Source: the human T2T-CHM13v2.0 reference genome, Homo sapiens. Taken from it: a DNA stretch of 64,000 nucleotides. The notes beneath the pieces are model-generated. The model worked only from the letters and a program-made list of their open reading frames with translations. It did not search any database and was not told the origin of the DNA. A program made the position numbers and the translations under genes. Every line of letters starts with the position of its first letter. Position 1 is the first letter of the stretch. Shown piece after piece: positions 50,761 through 64,000 of this stretch. The stretch lies in the NCBI RefSeq assembly GCF_009914755.1, contig NC_060925.1. The stretch is one strand, 5' to 3'.

Positions 50761-52024
50761 TTTATTACTTGGTTTTTAAAAGATTCCACTTCACCCAATG
50801 TAAATATGACAGTATCCACCTCTGTTGGGACAAAGTCATCATTGCAGGGAACAAGGTCATTTAGCCACTTACATGGGAGCCCTGGGAATAGGGAAGCGTC
50901 TACCACATGGCCATGAGGGAGGAGCTAGACAAAACTAAGACTTTAAGACATGGACAAGAGTTGACTGGAGCTTTCAACAGAGCTCTTTTTATTTTTATTG
51001 TTTTTTTTGTTTGTCTTTTGTAGAGACGAAGTCTCACTTCAAGAGAACTTGTTTTAAAAATAACAGCCCTTTCAGTGAAATATCAGAAAACAAACTTGAT
51101 AATTTCAGAATTCAGAAACGCTTAGTCTCAGCCCTGCCTGGGAACGTGCAAAGTGTCTTTGCTATTCCAAAGGCAGGATGTTATTCCCAGTGTGTGGTTG
51201 ACATCTCACACAACTAAGTATGTGCACTGACCTGCAAAGTTCTGGAAGGTACCACGTCTTGACAATACACCAGTTAGATTTTTTAATAAATTGGAATAGT
51301 TTAGCAGTTAGTCCACCAAATGACAAATTTTTCAGAATGTCAGGACATTTTAACATGCAAGTAGCTATAGCTTACCTAACTTGATTCATTTAGAAAAAGA
51401 GAGAGACAGTGCCACAAATAAAGGGATTACTTGCTATGCTAAGTTCAATGATAGATAAGACAGCACAATCAGGCCACATCAGAATGCAGCATCATGAATT
51501 GAATTGAATAGAGGGATGTAGACAATGAAGGTATGTTTAAAGGGGATAAGGCAGGATGCTATGAAGACTGGGAATGTAATGACATCCAGATAAAAAGAAC
51601 TAGAGCTTGTGAAGCCGAAAGAGAAGGGTGCTGGGACAGAGTAGCTGTCTCCACCTATTTGAATGTCTCACAGTGGAAGACAAATTAAACTTGCTGCATG
51701 GATCTCGAGGAAAAGAACTAGGTCCAACACATGGGAGTCTCAGGAAGCCCACTGTCAGCTCGATAGAAAGGACAATCTTGAAAAAAGTGCAATTGTGCCA
51801 AATGCTATTTGGCTGCTTTGGAAAATAGTGCATTCTCTGGACCTGAAAGATCTCAAGCAGAGATTGGACAGAAACTTGTAAAGATGTTTTAAAAGGGATT
51901 TCAGAACTGGAAGACTATCTGCACAATTTTGAAATCTGCTTCAAATGGAGATTCTGTGATTTCTGAAGATGCAAACTTAACAATCAATAAACCAACGGTT
52001 TTTGGTTTTGTTCGCTCAAAGTAG

Positions 52025-52427
<403 letters not shown>

Positions 52428-53499
52428 TGATCTGCCATTCTTAAACCCACTTTTGCCTCACTGAAAAATAATTCCTACATGTCCCATGCACCCGCCTGAA
52501 GTGTCCAGTGGATACTTGACTCCATATTTTTCACTCCTGCCAAGTTACACACTTCATAGCTCCCAAACATGACTTGCAGGTTCCCACTGTGGATATCTGG
52601 GAAGAAGCATGAGCTTTTCTATATTGAGGCAAGAATTATCTTGATTTTGAAGTCCCTAAGTCACTGGCACCTCGTGTTTGCTGTCTGTCCTGTTTTTTTT
52701 GGTTCTGTCTTGCTTGAATCTCTGTTTTCCTGTATTTTCTGGTTCCTAAATGCTTGTCTTTTTTTTTCTGAGCATCTATTTTGCCTAGATGTTGAGATTC
52801 TGAATATTCCTAACAGTTTAATCATTCATTCATTTGCTAAATATTTTAAGTATCTTCATGTTCCTAGAACACTGTGCTGGGCACCTTAGGAGATACAAAA
52901 AACCATATGACCTTGGCTAGAACTTATATCTGATAGATAATATGAGGCATGGACAGAAATAACTACAACCCATAGCACAATGTGCTAAGTACTATAAGAG
53001 AGGTACAAACCAAGTGCTATCAACGTTCAGAGGGAAGTGAGATGCTGCAGAAAAACTAGATATGACTGCAAGAGCACGCCTGATGCAATTGGTGTGCTAA
53101 TTTTCTAATCATCAAATATAAGGTATATAAGATATTACATTTAAAGAAGGAGGTAGCTATGAAACAAGAAAAGGATAAATGTGTTCTGAGAAAGTATACC
53201 TAATGTTCAACAGCAGATAAATGTCCAACATTAGCCAGAGTTGTGAATCAATGTCCACTGTAAACCAAACACCAGAAAATCATCCCCACCATGAACATGG
53301 CCATTTACCCAGTCAGCCAGAAAAATTACAATTATGAAATTGAAACTACATTTGCTGCTTAAATGAGTCTTTTTAGAGATTTAGTTTAGACTGAAAATTG
53401 TTCGTTAAACAGTTTCTCTGGGTAATGGACTTCAACAGCACTTCCTATTTTAAGAACACTTTAGATACTTCCATTCCAACACCCAGAGGTAGGTTATTC

Positions 53500-53834
53500 C
53501 AGGGGTTGGCAAGCTTTCTGTAAATGTTCAGATAGTAAATAATTTTGGTTTTGCAGTCCATAAAGTTTCTGTCACAACCACTCACCTCTGTTGTTTCAGT
53601 GCAAAAACATCCAGAGATAATACATACATGAATGAGAGTGGCTATGTGCCAATAAAACTTTATGAATAGTAAAATTTTATTTTATAAAATTTATATGTAT
53701 CACAAAATATTATTGTTATTTTACATTTTTTTTCAACCATTTAAAAATGTAAAAAGCCATCCTTAGCTTGCAGGCCTTAAAAAATCGGGTAGCTGTCCAC
53801 ATATGGCCTGCAGGCCATAGTTTGCCGACCTCTG
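53500..53834. mobile_element. MER58B (hAT-Charlie)
   Basis: TIRs caggggttggcaa ... ttgccgacctctg; internal ggctatgtgccaataaaactttat. Confidence 0.88.
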
Positions 53835-54384
53835 AGTTATGTCAATCACCCTATTTTACAAATGAGAAAGATAAGGCTCCAGCAGACTAAGTATACTCCC
53901 AGATCAATAGCCATTCAGTTTATTAGTTTCCATATAAACAGAAAAAATGGAGTGATAGGAAAAACTGGGGCCTTTACCCATTCTTTGTCAACACTGTTAA
54001 CAGCAAGAGAACCTGATATAATATCTATAAATTTTGATTCCCTGGGGTATAACAAGTAAATAATTTTTAAATGGTGCTTAGCAAGATTGGTTCATGGAAA
54101 ATGAAGCAATTATGGCTTGAATTTATATGTACAATATTTATTGTCTTAATTTTAATTTAAAACGAATGACATGTCTCTTTTTTTAAAAAAAGTCTTCTTT
54201 TAAAGATCTTGTAGTTGATGTGATGAACTATGCACTGCTAAATATTTATCCACACATAAATATTTGAAAAGGAATATGAATAGTCATGGATGTAGTTTCA
54301 TCTCAGTGCTCCATGGAGGAAGTGTTTCACCTCTCTGTGGGTACTAAGATGAAGGGTTGGAAAAATGTTGAAGAATAAAGCATT

Positions 54385-54535
54385 GGTGGGCACGGTGGCT
54401 CACACTTGTAATCCTAGCACTTTGGGAGGCTGAGACAGGAGGATCACTTTAGCCTAGGAATTTGAGGCCAGACAGGGCAACAAGGTGAGACCATGTCTCT
54501 AAAAATTAAAAAAAAATTAAATTAAATTTTAAATA
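54385..54535 (+). mobile_element. FLAM / Alu left monomer
   Basis: Single arm with A-rich tail; flanked by aataaagcat. Confidence 0.88.
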
Positions 54536-54609
54536 AAGCATCAGAAAACCCAACCCCTTACCATAGTGTCACTTTATTGAGTTTTTTAAATGGTAAATAA
54601 TTTCAATAG

Positions 54610-54927
<318 letters not shown>

Positions 54928-55337
54928 AGAACCATAGTTTTATAAGAATAGAAATAGGTCTTGATCAAGACCTCCAGGATTAGTGCTAAAAACAAGTGTC
55001 AAAAGACAGGATCTCTACAGTGCTTACTTTTCAGACAATTAAGCCTGTGGAGAAGAAAGCAGGCACATATTCAAATCCAACAAAATCATGGAAGATAAAA
55101 CTAGGGTGAACTGAGTTCACCAAATCTGAGAATACTTGAGCAACAAGGGCATTCCAGTGAAGCACAGTAAAATCTAGATCCTAGGCAAGAACAACCTATC
55201 AGGGGGGTGAATTTTTTGCTTGTTTGTTGTTATTTTGGTGGGTTGTACAGCAATAGAATTTCTCACTTATGTATTTCCTCAACAGATATACTTTATACAA
55301 TGTACAATGGTTCCATTTCAGAAAATAATAAAATCGT

Positions 55338-55665
55338 GGCTGGGCATGGTGGCACACCCCTGCAATCTCAGCACTTTGGGAGGCTGAGGCAGGCGGATCA
55401 CCTGAGGTCAGGAGTTCAAGACCAGCTGGGCCAACATGGTGAAATCCTGTCTCTACAAAAATAATACCAAAAAAAAAAAAAAAATAGCCGGGCATGATGG
55501 CGGGTGCCTGTAGTCCCAGCTACTCTGGAGGCTGAGGCATGAGAATCACTTTAACCCGGGAGGTGGAGGTTGCAGTGAGCTGAGACAGAGCCACTGCACT
55601 CTAGCCTGGGCGGCAGAGTGAGACTCCATCTCAAAAAATAAAAATAAATAAAAAATAAATAAATA
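55338..55665 (+). mobile_element. AluSx-like
   Basis: Full Alu with extended middle A-run. Confidence 0.93.
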
Positions 55666-56061
55666 AAATCATGAAAAGAAAGAAAAAGAAAAAATCCACT
55701 TCAAAGAGTGATACAGAAATAATAACTTTAAAATGTTTAGATAAAATCACAATGGCAGCTCCCTACTGAACTGCTAACAAAGGGAACACTGACATTTGGG
55801 ATGCAGGTCCAACATCTGCCATGTACTCCTTTGCCCATCACCTTTCGAGGCCCACTAAAAAAAATGCTGGGTCAGATCTGAACTGCTTGGCACTGCCCCC
55901 CTTCCAACCTGTTTTCTGGCTCTCTCATCTGTCCTTCCCTGTGCTCACCTGCACTCTAGCAAGTTCCCTAGAAATTCCTTAATGCGCCATGCTGTTGAGG
56001 CTTCCATACATATCCTGCTCTCTTCCCAGAATGCCATTCTCTCTCTCTTTTTTTTAATTTC

Positions 56062-56327
56062 CTTTTTTTTTTTTAAGAGATGAAGTCTTGCTTTGTTGCC
56101 CAGTCTGGTCTTGAACTTCTGGGCTCAAGTGATCCCTCCATCTCAGCCTCCCAAGTAGCTGGGACTACAGCCACATGCCAACACACCCAGCTAATTTTTT
56201 AAATTTTTGTAGAGATGGGGTCTCATTATAAATTCCAGGCTGGTCTCCAAATCCTGGGCTCAAGCAATCCTCCCATCTTGGCCTCCCAAAGTGCTGGGAT
56301 TACAGGTGTGAGCCACCACGCCCAGCC
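56062..56327 (-). mobile_element. AluJ-age dimer with a short (FLAM-like) right arm
   Basis: Both arms read gcccag.ctggtct.gaac/aaatcctgggctcaag; the right-arm insert is missing. Confidence 0.85.
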
Positions 56328-56633
56328 AAGAATGCCTTTCTCTATTCTGTCCACTTGGCAGCTTCAACTTTCAAGCTCAAACTCTCACTAACACCTGCTC
56401 TAATGGCCCATCTACCATGTCCAGAGTGGTAACTTCCTCCATGTTCCCACTTTACCTCATTCTCACCTCTTTTGTAACACTTTTCACCTCAATTGCTTTG
56501 TTTAGTTTGTTATCTCCTCTAGAGATCATCAATAGCCATAGAGCCTTCCTGACTCTATCATTCCTGGCAGTAAGTCTACCATAGACTTGAGATGAGGAAT
56601 CTAATATCTCACTCATTACTCATTCAATAAACA

Positions 56634-56913
56634 TTTTTTTTTAAGATGGAGTCTCACTCTGTCACCCAGACTGGAGTGCAGTGGTGCGATCTTGGCTCAC
56701 TGCAACCTCCACCTCTGACCGTCCCACCTCAGCCTCCTGAGTAGCTAGGATTACAGGCATGCACCACCAGGCCTGGCAAATTTTTTGGAATTTTTAGTAG
56801 AGACAGGGTTTCCCCATATTGCAGACTGCTCTGAAACTCCTGACCTCAAGTGATCTGCTTGCTTCAGCCTCCCAAAGTGCTGGGATTACAGGCCTGAGCC
56901 ACCGCACCTGGCC
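56634..56913 (-). mobile_element. AluS with small deletion
   Basis: Dimeric Alu inserted in L2. Confidence 0.9.
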
Positions 56914-58090
<1,177 letters not shown>

Positions 58091-58620
58091 AACAAGAATA
58101 AAACTATAAGCATTTAGTCTTATCTAGGGAATATGCTTTACTATCTCTTCTACTGCCTGGTAAATATTAAATGAGGTCAATATGTTGCAGCATGTCTATT
58201 CATGTGGAGGCAATTTGATGTAGGAGGAAAAACAGAAAAAGAATGCTATTTAGCTGCCATCACTTCCAGGGGTTAGCCTCAGAGTCTTGCTCCTTTGCTA
58301 CTTCCTCCTCTTAACCTCTTATTGCCATGATTATAAGAATTTTCCTGGCTGGCTCACTTGTATAATGCTAAAGAGAATTATGCATTAAATTTAAGAAAAA
58401 ATAGCTTAATGGCAGTATGGTTTAAAGAAGTTCAAATAAAGTGGCTTCATGATTAGGATGATAATGGGGAAGATGATGATACTAGTAGTGGTCGTAATAT
58501 TTGCCTTTGCTGCAGAGTTTACAAATCATGGAGACACTGGAAGATGTAAAGGGAGGAGGGAGCCAATACCAGGAGGATGGCCTTGGTCACAGCCAGAAAT
58601 GACCAAATTCAATTCTTTTT

Positions 58621-59215
<595 letters not shown>

Positions 59216-59497
59216 TAGAAATATTAATTTTCAAAAACAGCGGCTGCCATAAGTTTCCAATTCCAATTGTTCTCACTGAAGCTTATTTCAGAAAGCTCTC
59301 CCTGATATTAACCACCCGACCTGAATGAATGACTCCTTGCAACCTGGTTATTCCTCTCTGTCAGGCATTAGACCTCTGACTGGCTTAAAAGGAGGAAAGA
59401 TGCTAGACTTTGGTAATTTTTGGAGACAATATCAGAGCGCAGTGAAAAGATAATAGTTTTTGGAGTCATGGATTTAAACTGCAGCTAGCAGAAACAG

Positions 59498-59602
59498 GAG
59501 TTTGAGGCTGCAGGAAGCCATGACCCTGCTGCTGCTCTACAGCCTGGGCAACAGAGCAAGACCCTATATCTACAAATTAAAATAGAAAAAAATACAAAAA
59601 AT
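59498..59602 (+). mobile_element. 3' half of an Alu monomer (FRAM/FAM-like) with A-rich tail
   Basis: gagtttgaggctgcag...cagcctgggcaacagagcaagaccct. Confidence 0.78.
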
Positions 59603-60297
59603 AGCTAGAAATATTTCTGCTGTGATGAAATTCCCCAATTCCTCTGTTTTTGTTTATATAGCCAAAATAATCTGAGCTGTCCTTTCTTACTTTTCTATTT
59701 AAACTTGCTCTCTGACTTCCCAGTGGTAGATTTATTGACAAATATAGCTATAAATGTAAAGAAAGCTACATTAAATTATAATCTCTACATAGTTAAAAAC
59801 TAAGCAGTTACATTTTTTAAAACTTCCAATTCCACATTATCTTCTTATGTAATGAGGCAGACCCATGAGATATGACATCACTCATTTATGAGTTTACTTT
59901 GCCAAAAACTTTTACTCATCCCTGAAAGCATTTTAGTTACAGTTGAGTATACAAGTGTCAAATATCTCTCACAAATACTATTTTTTCCTGTATGTTTCTA
60001 TAGTTTCAAATAGGAGAAATAATATCAACTTCCCTTTCAGAGTAAAAGAAAAGTTCATTCTAAAAATATTTACAAATATTGAGAATTGTACAAGTGCTAC
60101 TTTACAAAGATGAAGAGTGAGTTTTGAATGTCACTTCTCTTTTTGTTTACAGTCTCTCTTTTTCCTTTGATAAGAAATTGAATTTCAGGATATAGGAGCT
60201 CTATTTAAAATGCCTAATTTCAAAGTCTTGTTTGTGTCTGTTTTTTAAAAAAAAATTATTACAAATTTCAGTCACCTTAAAGAAAGCTTGAAAAAAA

Positions 60298-60591
60298 ATT
60301 TTTAAGGCAGAGTCTGGCTGTATTACCTAGAATAGAGTGCAGTGTGCTATCTTGGCATACTGCAACCTCTGCCTCCCAGGCTTCCACCTCAGCCATCCTC
60401 CCACCTCAGCCTCCACAGTAGCTGGGACTACAGGCATGCAACACCATACCTGGCTAATTTTTATATTTTTTGTAGAGATGGGGTTTCACCATGTTGCCAA
60501 GTCTGGTCTCAAACTCCTGAGCTCATGTGTTAATGTCCATCTTCACCTCCCAAAGTGCTGGGATTGTAGGAGTGAGCCACCACACCTGGCC
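60298..60591 (-). mobile_element. AluJ (diverged)
   Basis: Dimeric Alu. Confidence 0.88.
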
Positions 60592-62237
60592 AAAAGTTTG
60601 ATAATTTAGTTGTATTAATTATTTCCGTGTTGTCACAGAGAAAATTTTTAAAGCAATTTAAAAGGAGGAAATAGTTCATAAATAACTGGTTTCTTTAGAC
60701 ATGAGACAAAGATCTTAAGGAAAAGCACATATATGAATCTCACTTAGTTGATGGCCAGTTTAATTCTCTTAGTTTATGGTTCATGAAAATAGAGTGTTCA
60801 TGGAATTATGCAGTCAGAAGATGAGCGGGCACTTCCTCCAGCCTTTGTTGCAGTATGAAGGCCTCTGCAAGAGGAATCAGGAACATGAGGCTCAAGTCTC
60901 AGTGCCACCCATTCTCCATGTGTGTTCATAAGTCACTTGGCTTCTGTCAGTTTCTCATTTGTAAAATAAGGGTAATAATGTTTTTCTTATAAGGTTTTTA
61001 ACAGGAATAAGTAACATAACATAGATGAAATGGCTTTGTTAACCAGAACTGCTCTACAAAAATAAATTATAAAATTTATCCAGAGCTCAAAGATTCCAAT
61101 AAGACATTCTACCAAAAATAGTTGAATGTGTATTTTCTGTTCTTATTCTTGCCTCATTTTCACCTGTTTATGTGCTAAATTCTTCATTAGGTAATAAACT
61201 CCTTAAAGCCATAGTGAGTGAACATATTATATCCTTTTTTTGTATTACTCTCTGAATTATACTTTAATGGACATGCAAAGGACTTTGTTCACATTCTGCC
61301 CTGGTCCTCAGTTCTTATACTAAGTAAATAATCGTTACTGCCAAAAGTCTCCTTTCACCTTTCTATATCTAAACCCTTCCACTGCAACTCAGGTCTATTT
61401 CCACATAGTCTATCCTTGAAGCTCATGGAGAATTGGCAGGTCAGCATTCGCTTAACAAAAGCCTTTATTACTGTTAACAAAGAATCTTCAGCTACAAGAC
61501 AGAATCTTTGGTTCTCAATCCAAATCTGTTTCTCTTGTAATCTAAAACAACTGGGATTTCCTAGCTTCAGGAAGAAAGGAGCAGTACCTGCTGGGTCATC
61601 AAAGATTCTTAGAGCCACAGAGTTTCATCCCCAGCCCAATGGCTCTTCCCTACTCCTCCTTTCTCTTGGTTCCAAAGGAAAACCCATCATTGCCTGGTCA
61701 AGGGAGAGGAGTAAAGCGCATCAACATAAAGTGCTAGAGGACATATGGACAGACAGGAAAAGAAGGAAAGGGATGAAGACACCAGCATCAAAGGAAAGTG
61801 AAAGTGGAGTGTTCTTAGGGCACTGATAGTCCTTAGAAGACTGATGACATGCTCTTGTCTACCCTGATGCTGGAACAGAAGTCCTTATTTAACAGGCAAG
61901 TTGGCATTGGTTCTTAATAAAAGACTTTTGAAAGCTGAAGGAATGGTGAAGAAGGGATGGCTATCTCTCAGCCTCCCTCCTTCTATCGTGTAGATATGCC
62001 TACCCGATTTGCCCTTTGCTCAAAGTAGTTCTATATTCTTTCCATGAGGTTTTTAACAAGCGAGCCCAGTTCAGCGCACCTTTTAAGTTTAAAGATGAAT
62101 ATTTTTAGCCTAAGCCACCTCGCCCTGTCTTTACCGCTGTGGTGTGGTTTTCACTAAACCTCCCTAGGAGGGCTCGCGCAGTCCTCAGGCTCCGGATAAA
62201 CACGTGTGCCCGCATCCAGCTCCGGCGCGCCCTGCAT

Positions 62238-62265
62238 TTCAGCACCGCCGCCTCTGGAGAGCGCC
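62238..62265 (+). promoter_or_regulatory. Non-canonical (9-bp spacer) RE1/NRSE REST-binding site
   Basis: TTCAGCACC-gccgcctct-GGAGAGCGCC: a perfect left half-site and a near-perfect right half-site, in the correct order. Confidence 0.72.
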
Positions 62266-63298
62266 TTGCTGGCGGGCCAGGTCAGGGCCTCCCACACGCT
62301 CTCTCATCCATCCCAGCCCACTCGCTTTTCCCTACTCCTCGCTTCTCTCAGTTTCAAGAAAAAGCACCCCCAACTTCTAACTTCTCAATTCCTGCTTCTA
62401 AAGTGACCTCCGCGTCCCTCTTTCCGTGTCTAAACGCTCATGCCCCACGCCTTTGAGTCCTACGAGCAGCTGCGAAGCCGCGTGGCTTCCCACCGGTGGC
62501 GCGAGACCTCCAATAGGCATCTATCGATCACCTTTCCCCTACCGCTGCTGGACCCCGAACCAGCCAGCCGGATGCCCCCGCTCGCTCTCTCTGACTCCAC
62601 GCCCCAAAGCTTCTAAGAAACAAACGCGCGATAAGTCCCCTCCCCCCAACACGCACACGCATATACTCACACACAGTCATTCGCACATTCGTACACACAC
62701 TAGACGCCTCAAGCCTTCCGAGTGCCATCGCCACCCTGGGCAGAGCCTCAGCCAACTTGGGCCCCGATCCTTCGGCTCCGGCTCGCGCAGGGCCTCCCGC
62801 AGCCTCCGCCCGGCCCCCTCCCCGTCCTAGGCAGCGGGTCCCTGAGGCCGAACCTAGGCGGAAAAGGGCCCCCTCCCTATTCACTCAGCATCCACCTCGC
62901 GCGGGCAATACACGGCCCACAATTCCCAAACACTGGTCCCTGGGCCGCCCAGAATCACCAGCCAAATCCGAAATTAATCTTGAAGCCCCAGCCCCTGTCA
63001 CTGGTGTGTCGGGCGCGAGTGTGTTTGCGAATCCCAGGCACATACATGATTTAACTCCTTCGAGCTTTCGGCCCATCCTAAACAAACAGCACGTTATCTC
63101 CAGCCCCTTCCTCCCCTACTCGGCGCCCCAACCTCTGCCCCCATCCCGGTCTTCGCCAGCCTGGTAGCCGAACCACCGCACCGCCACACTCCAGTTCTGG
63201 TATCTCGAACCCCTGCCCAGCCCCAAATGATACTCATCTCTAGTCCCCTCCCATCCCCCACCTTTGGCCCCCTGCGAGCCGGGTCTGGCCCCGGCAAG

Positions 63299-63303
63299 TG
63301 ACG
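63299..63303 (+). promoter_or_regulatory. Half-CRE (TGACG) in proximal intron 1
   Basis: AGTGACGCCT inside the CpG island; short motif. Confidence 0.3.
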
Positions 63304-63491
63304 CCTCGGAAACGCAGTCTGCGTACCCTCCCCTGAGTCCAAAATGAAGGGGCCGACCTCCACCAGCTGGATGAGCCGGCCCACCCCTCCGAAGGGGCAC
63401 ACGCCTTCCCGTTCGATCGCCCTGGAAAACACAGGTGCCTGGGAAAGGAGAGGAGCGGAAGCGGCTTCCAGAGGTGGGCGGGAGGACTCAC

Positions 63492-63576
63492 CAAACATCT
63501 GAATGTGCCCTTTGGTGATGGGATTGAAGCTGCCGCAGGCGAGCAAGATAACGTGGGTCTTGGTGGTCTCGGTCAT
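63492..63576 (-). CDS. NMNAT2: NMNAT2 first coding exon (85 nt, phase-1 intron follows); nicotinamide/nicotinate mononucleotide adenylyltransferase 2
   Basis: Translates to [28 protein letters not shown], the NMNAT2 N-terminus with the [10 protein letters not shown] (GxFxPx[T/H]xxH) nucleotidyltransferase motif. Kozak context is CACCATGA, and a canonical donor TTTG|GTGAGT lies at 63491-63486. Confidence 0.97.
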
Positions 63577-63800
63577 GGTGCAGATGGGTCCTTCGCGGTG
63601 GTCTAGGGGTTGCCTCTCTTTTTGTGTCTCGTTGTGTCTGCAGAGGGAGAAAGGAAGGCGAGGCTCCGGCGGTGGATGCTGTGGACTCCAAGGAGCCGCT
63701 CCAGACGCAAACCGCGTCACTCTCCGCCTCCCCTTAACGCTTGCAGCTCCGGCTAGATCCGAGGCTGCTTTTGTATTGCTCTGCTCTCTTCTCTCCTCGG
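63577..63800 (-). other. NMNAT2: NMNAT2 5' UTR / proximal promoter (TSS cannot be fixed from sequence)
   Basis: Directly upstream of the start codon, with no minus-strand ATG until ~63832. A TATA-like AATACAAAAG lies at ~63768-63777. Confidence 0.6.
63715..63719 (-). promoter_or_regulatory. Half-CRE (TGACG)
   Basis: CGTCA on the + strand, 140 bp upstream of the ATG inside the CpG island. Short motif, so it may be chance. Confidence 0.4.
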
Positions 63801-64000
63801 TCGCTCTCTTTTCGTTCTGGCTTCCTTCGCATCTCTCGCCTGGTGCCCCACCCCATCCTCTCTATCGCCCCCAGCCCACTTCACTCCATCACTGTCTTCC
63901 TTAGAGTTTATCCAGAAGGCAAGACGTGGTATCCAAGCTCAGAACCAAGAGCCCACAGCATGGTGTGAGCTCTTTCTGCCTCTTGCCTCATCTTGATTCA

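Larger units (their letters stand above)
62120..63840. promoter_or_regulatory. NMNAT2: CpG island spanning the NMNAT2 promoter, 5' UTR and start of intron 1
   Basis: Abrupt rise in GC content and CpG density relative to the CpG-depleted intron. GC boxes (CCGCCC, CCCCTCCCC) lie near 62805-62825. Confidence 0.9.

Noticed and set aside
63094-63720. 208-aa ORF containing the NMNAT2 N-terminus
   Set aside because: It is exon 1 read through the GTGAGT donor into a GC-rich intron; only 63492-63576 is supported as coding.
62139-63968. Overlapping 100-136 aa ORFs on both strands in the CpG island
   Set aside because: Expected from stop-codon scarcity in GC-rich DNA; no recognisable domains.

Overview
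Human (or closely related great-ape) genomic DNA. The only protein-coding exon I can support is the first coding exon of NMNAT2 on the minus strand (63492-63576, [28 protein letters not shown], followed by a GTGAGT donor). It lies in a CpG island promoter. The remaining ~63.5 kb is the first intron of that gene, and much of it is interspersed repeats: about 30 Alus, a 4.8-kb 5'-truncated L1PA, a twin-primed (inverted) L1, older L1M/L2/MIR, a full-length MaLR (MSTA/THE1D-type) element, ERV1 LTRs, MER5A and MER58B. Nearly all ORFs in the track are repeat-derived or chance. I see no evidence of a new multi-gene system. The best second-look items are: (1) a wide-spacer REST/RE1 element about 1.2 kb inside intron 1; (2) an Alu monomer split into two oppositely oriented halves, marking an ~877-bp micro-inversion; (3) a 34-bp duplication flanking a 35-bp insert apparently copied from a neighbouring L1; (4) a collapsed MER50 provirus retaining its tRNA-His primer-binding site; (5) a stop-free in-frame 5' leader and a strong internal splice acceptor in NMNAT2 exon 1. 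Repeat subfamilies were assigned by eye from remembered consensus sequences, and repeat boundaries are approximate unless a TSD is quoted.
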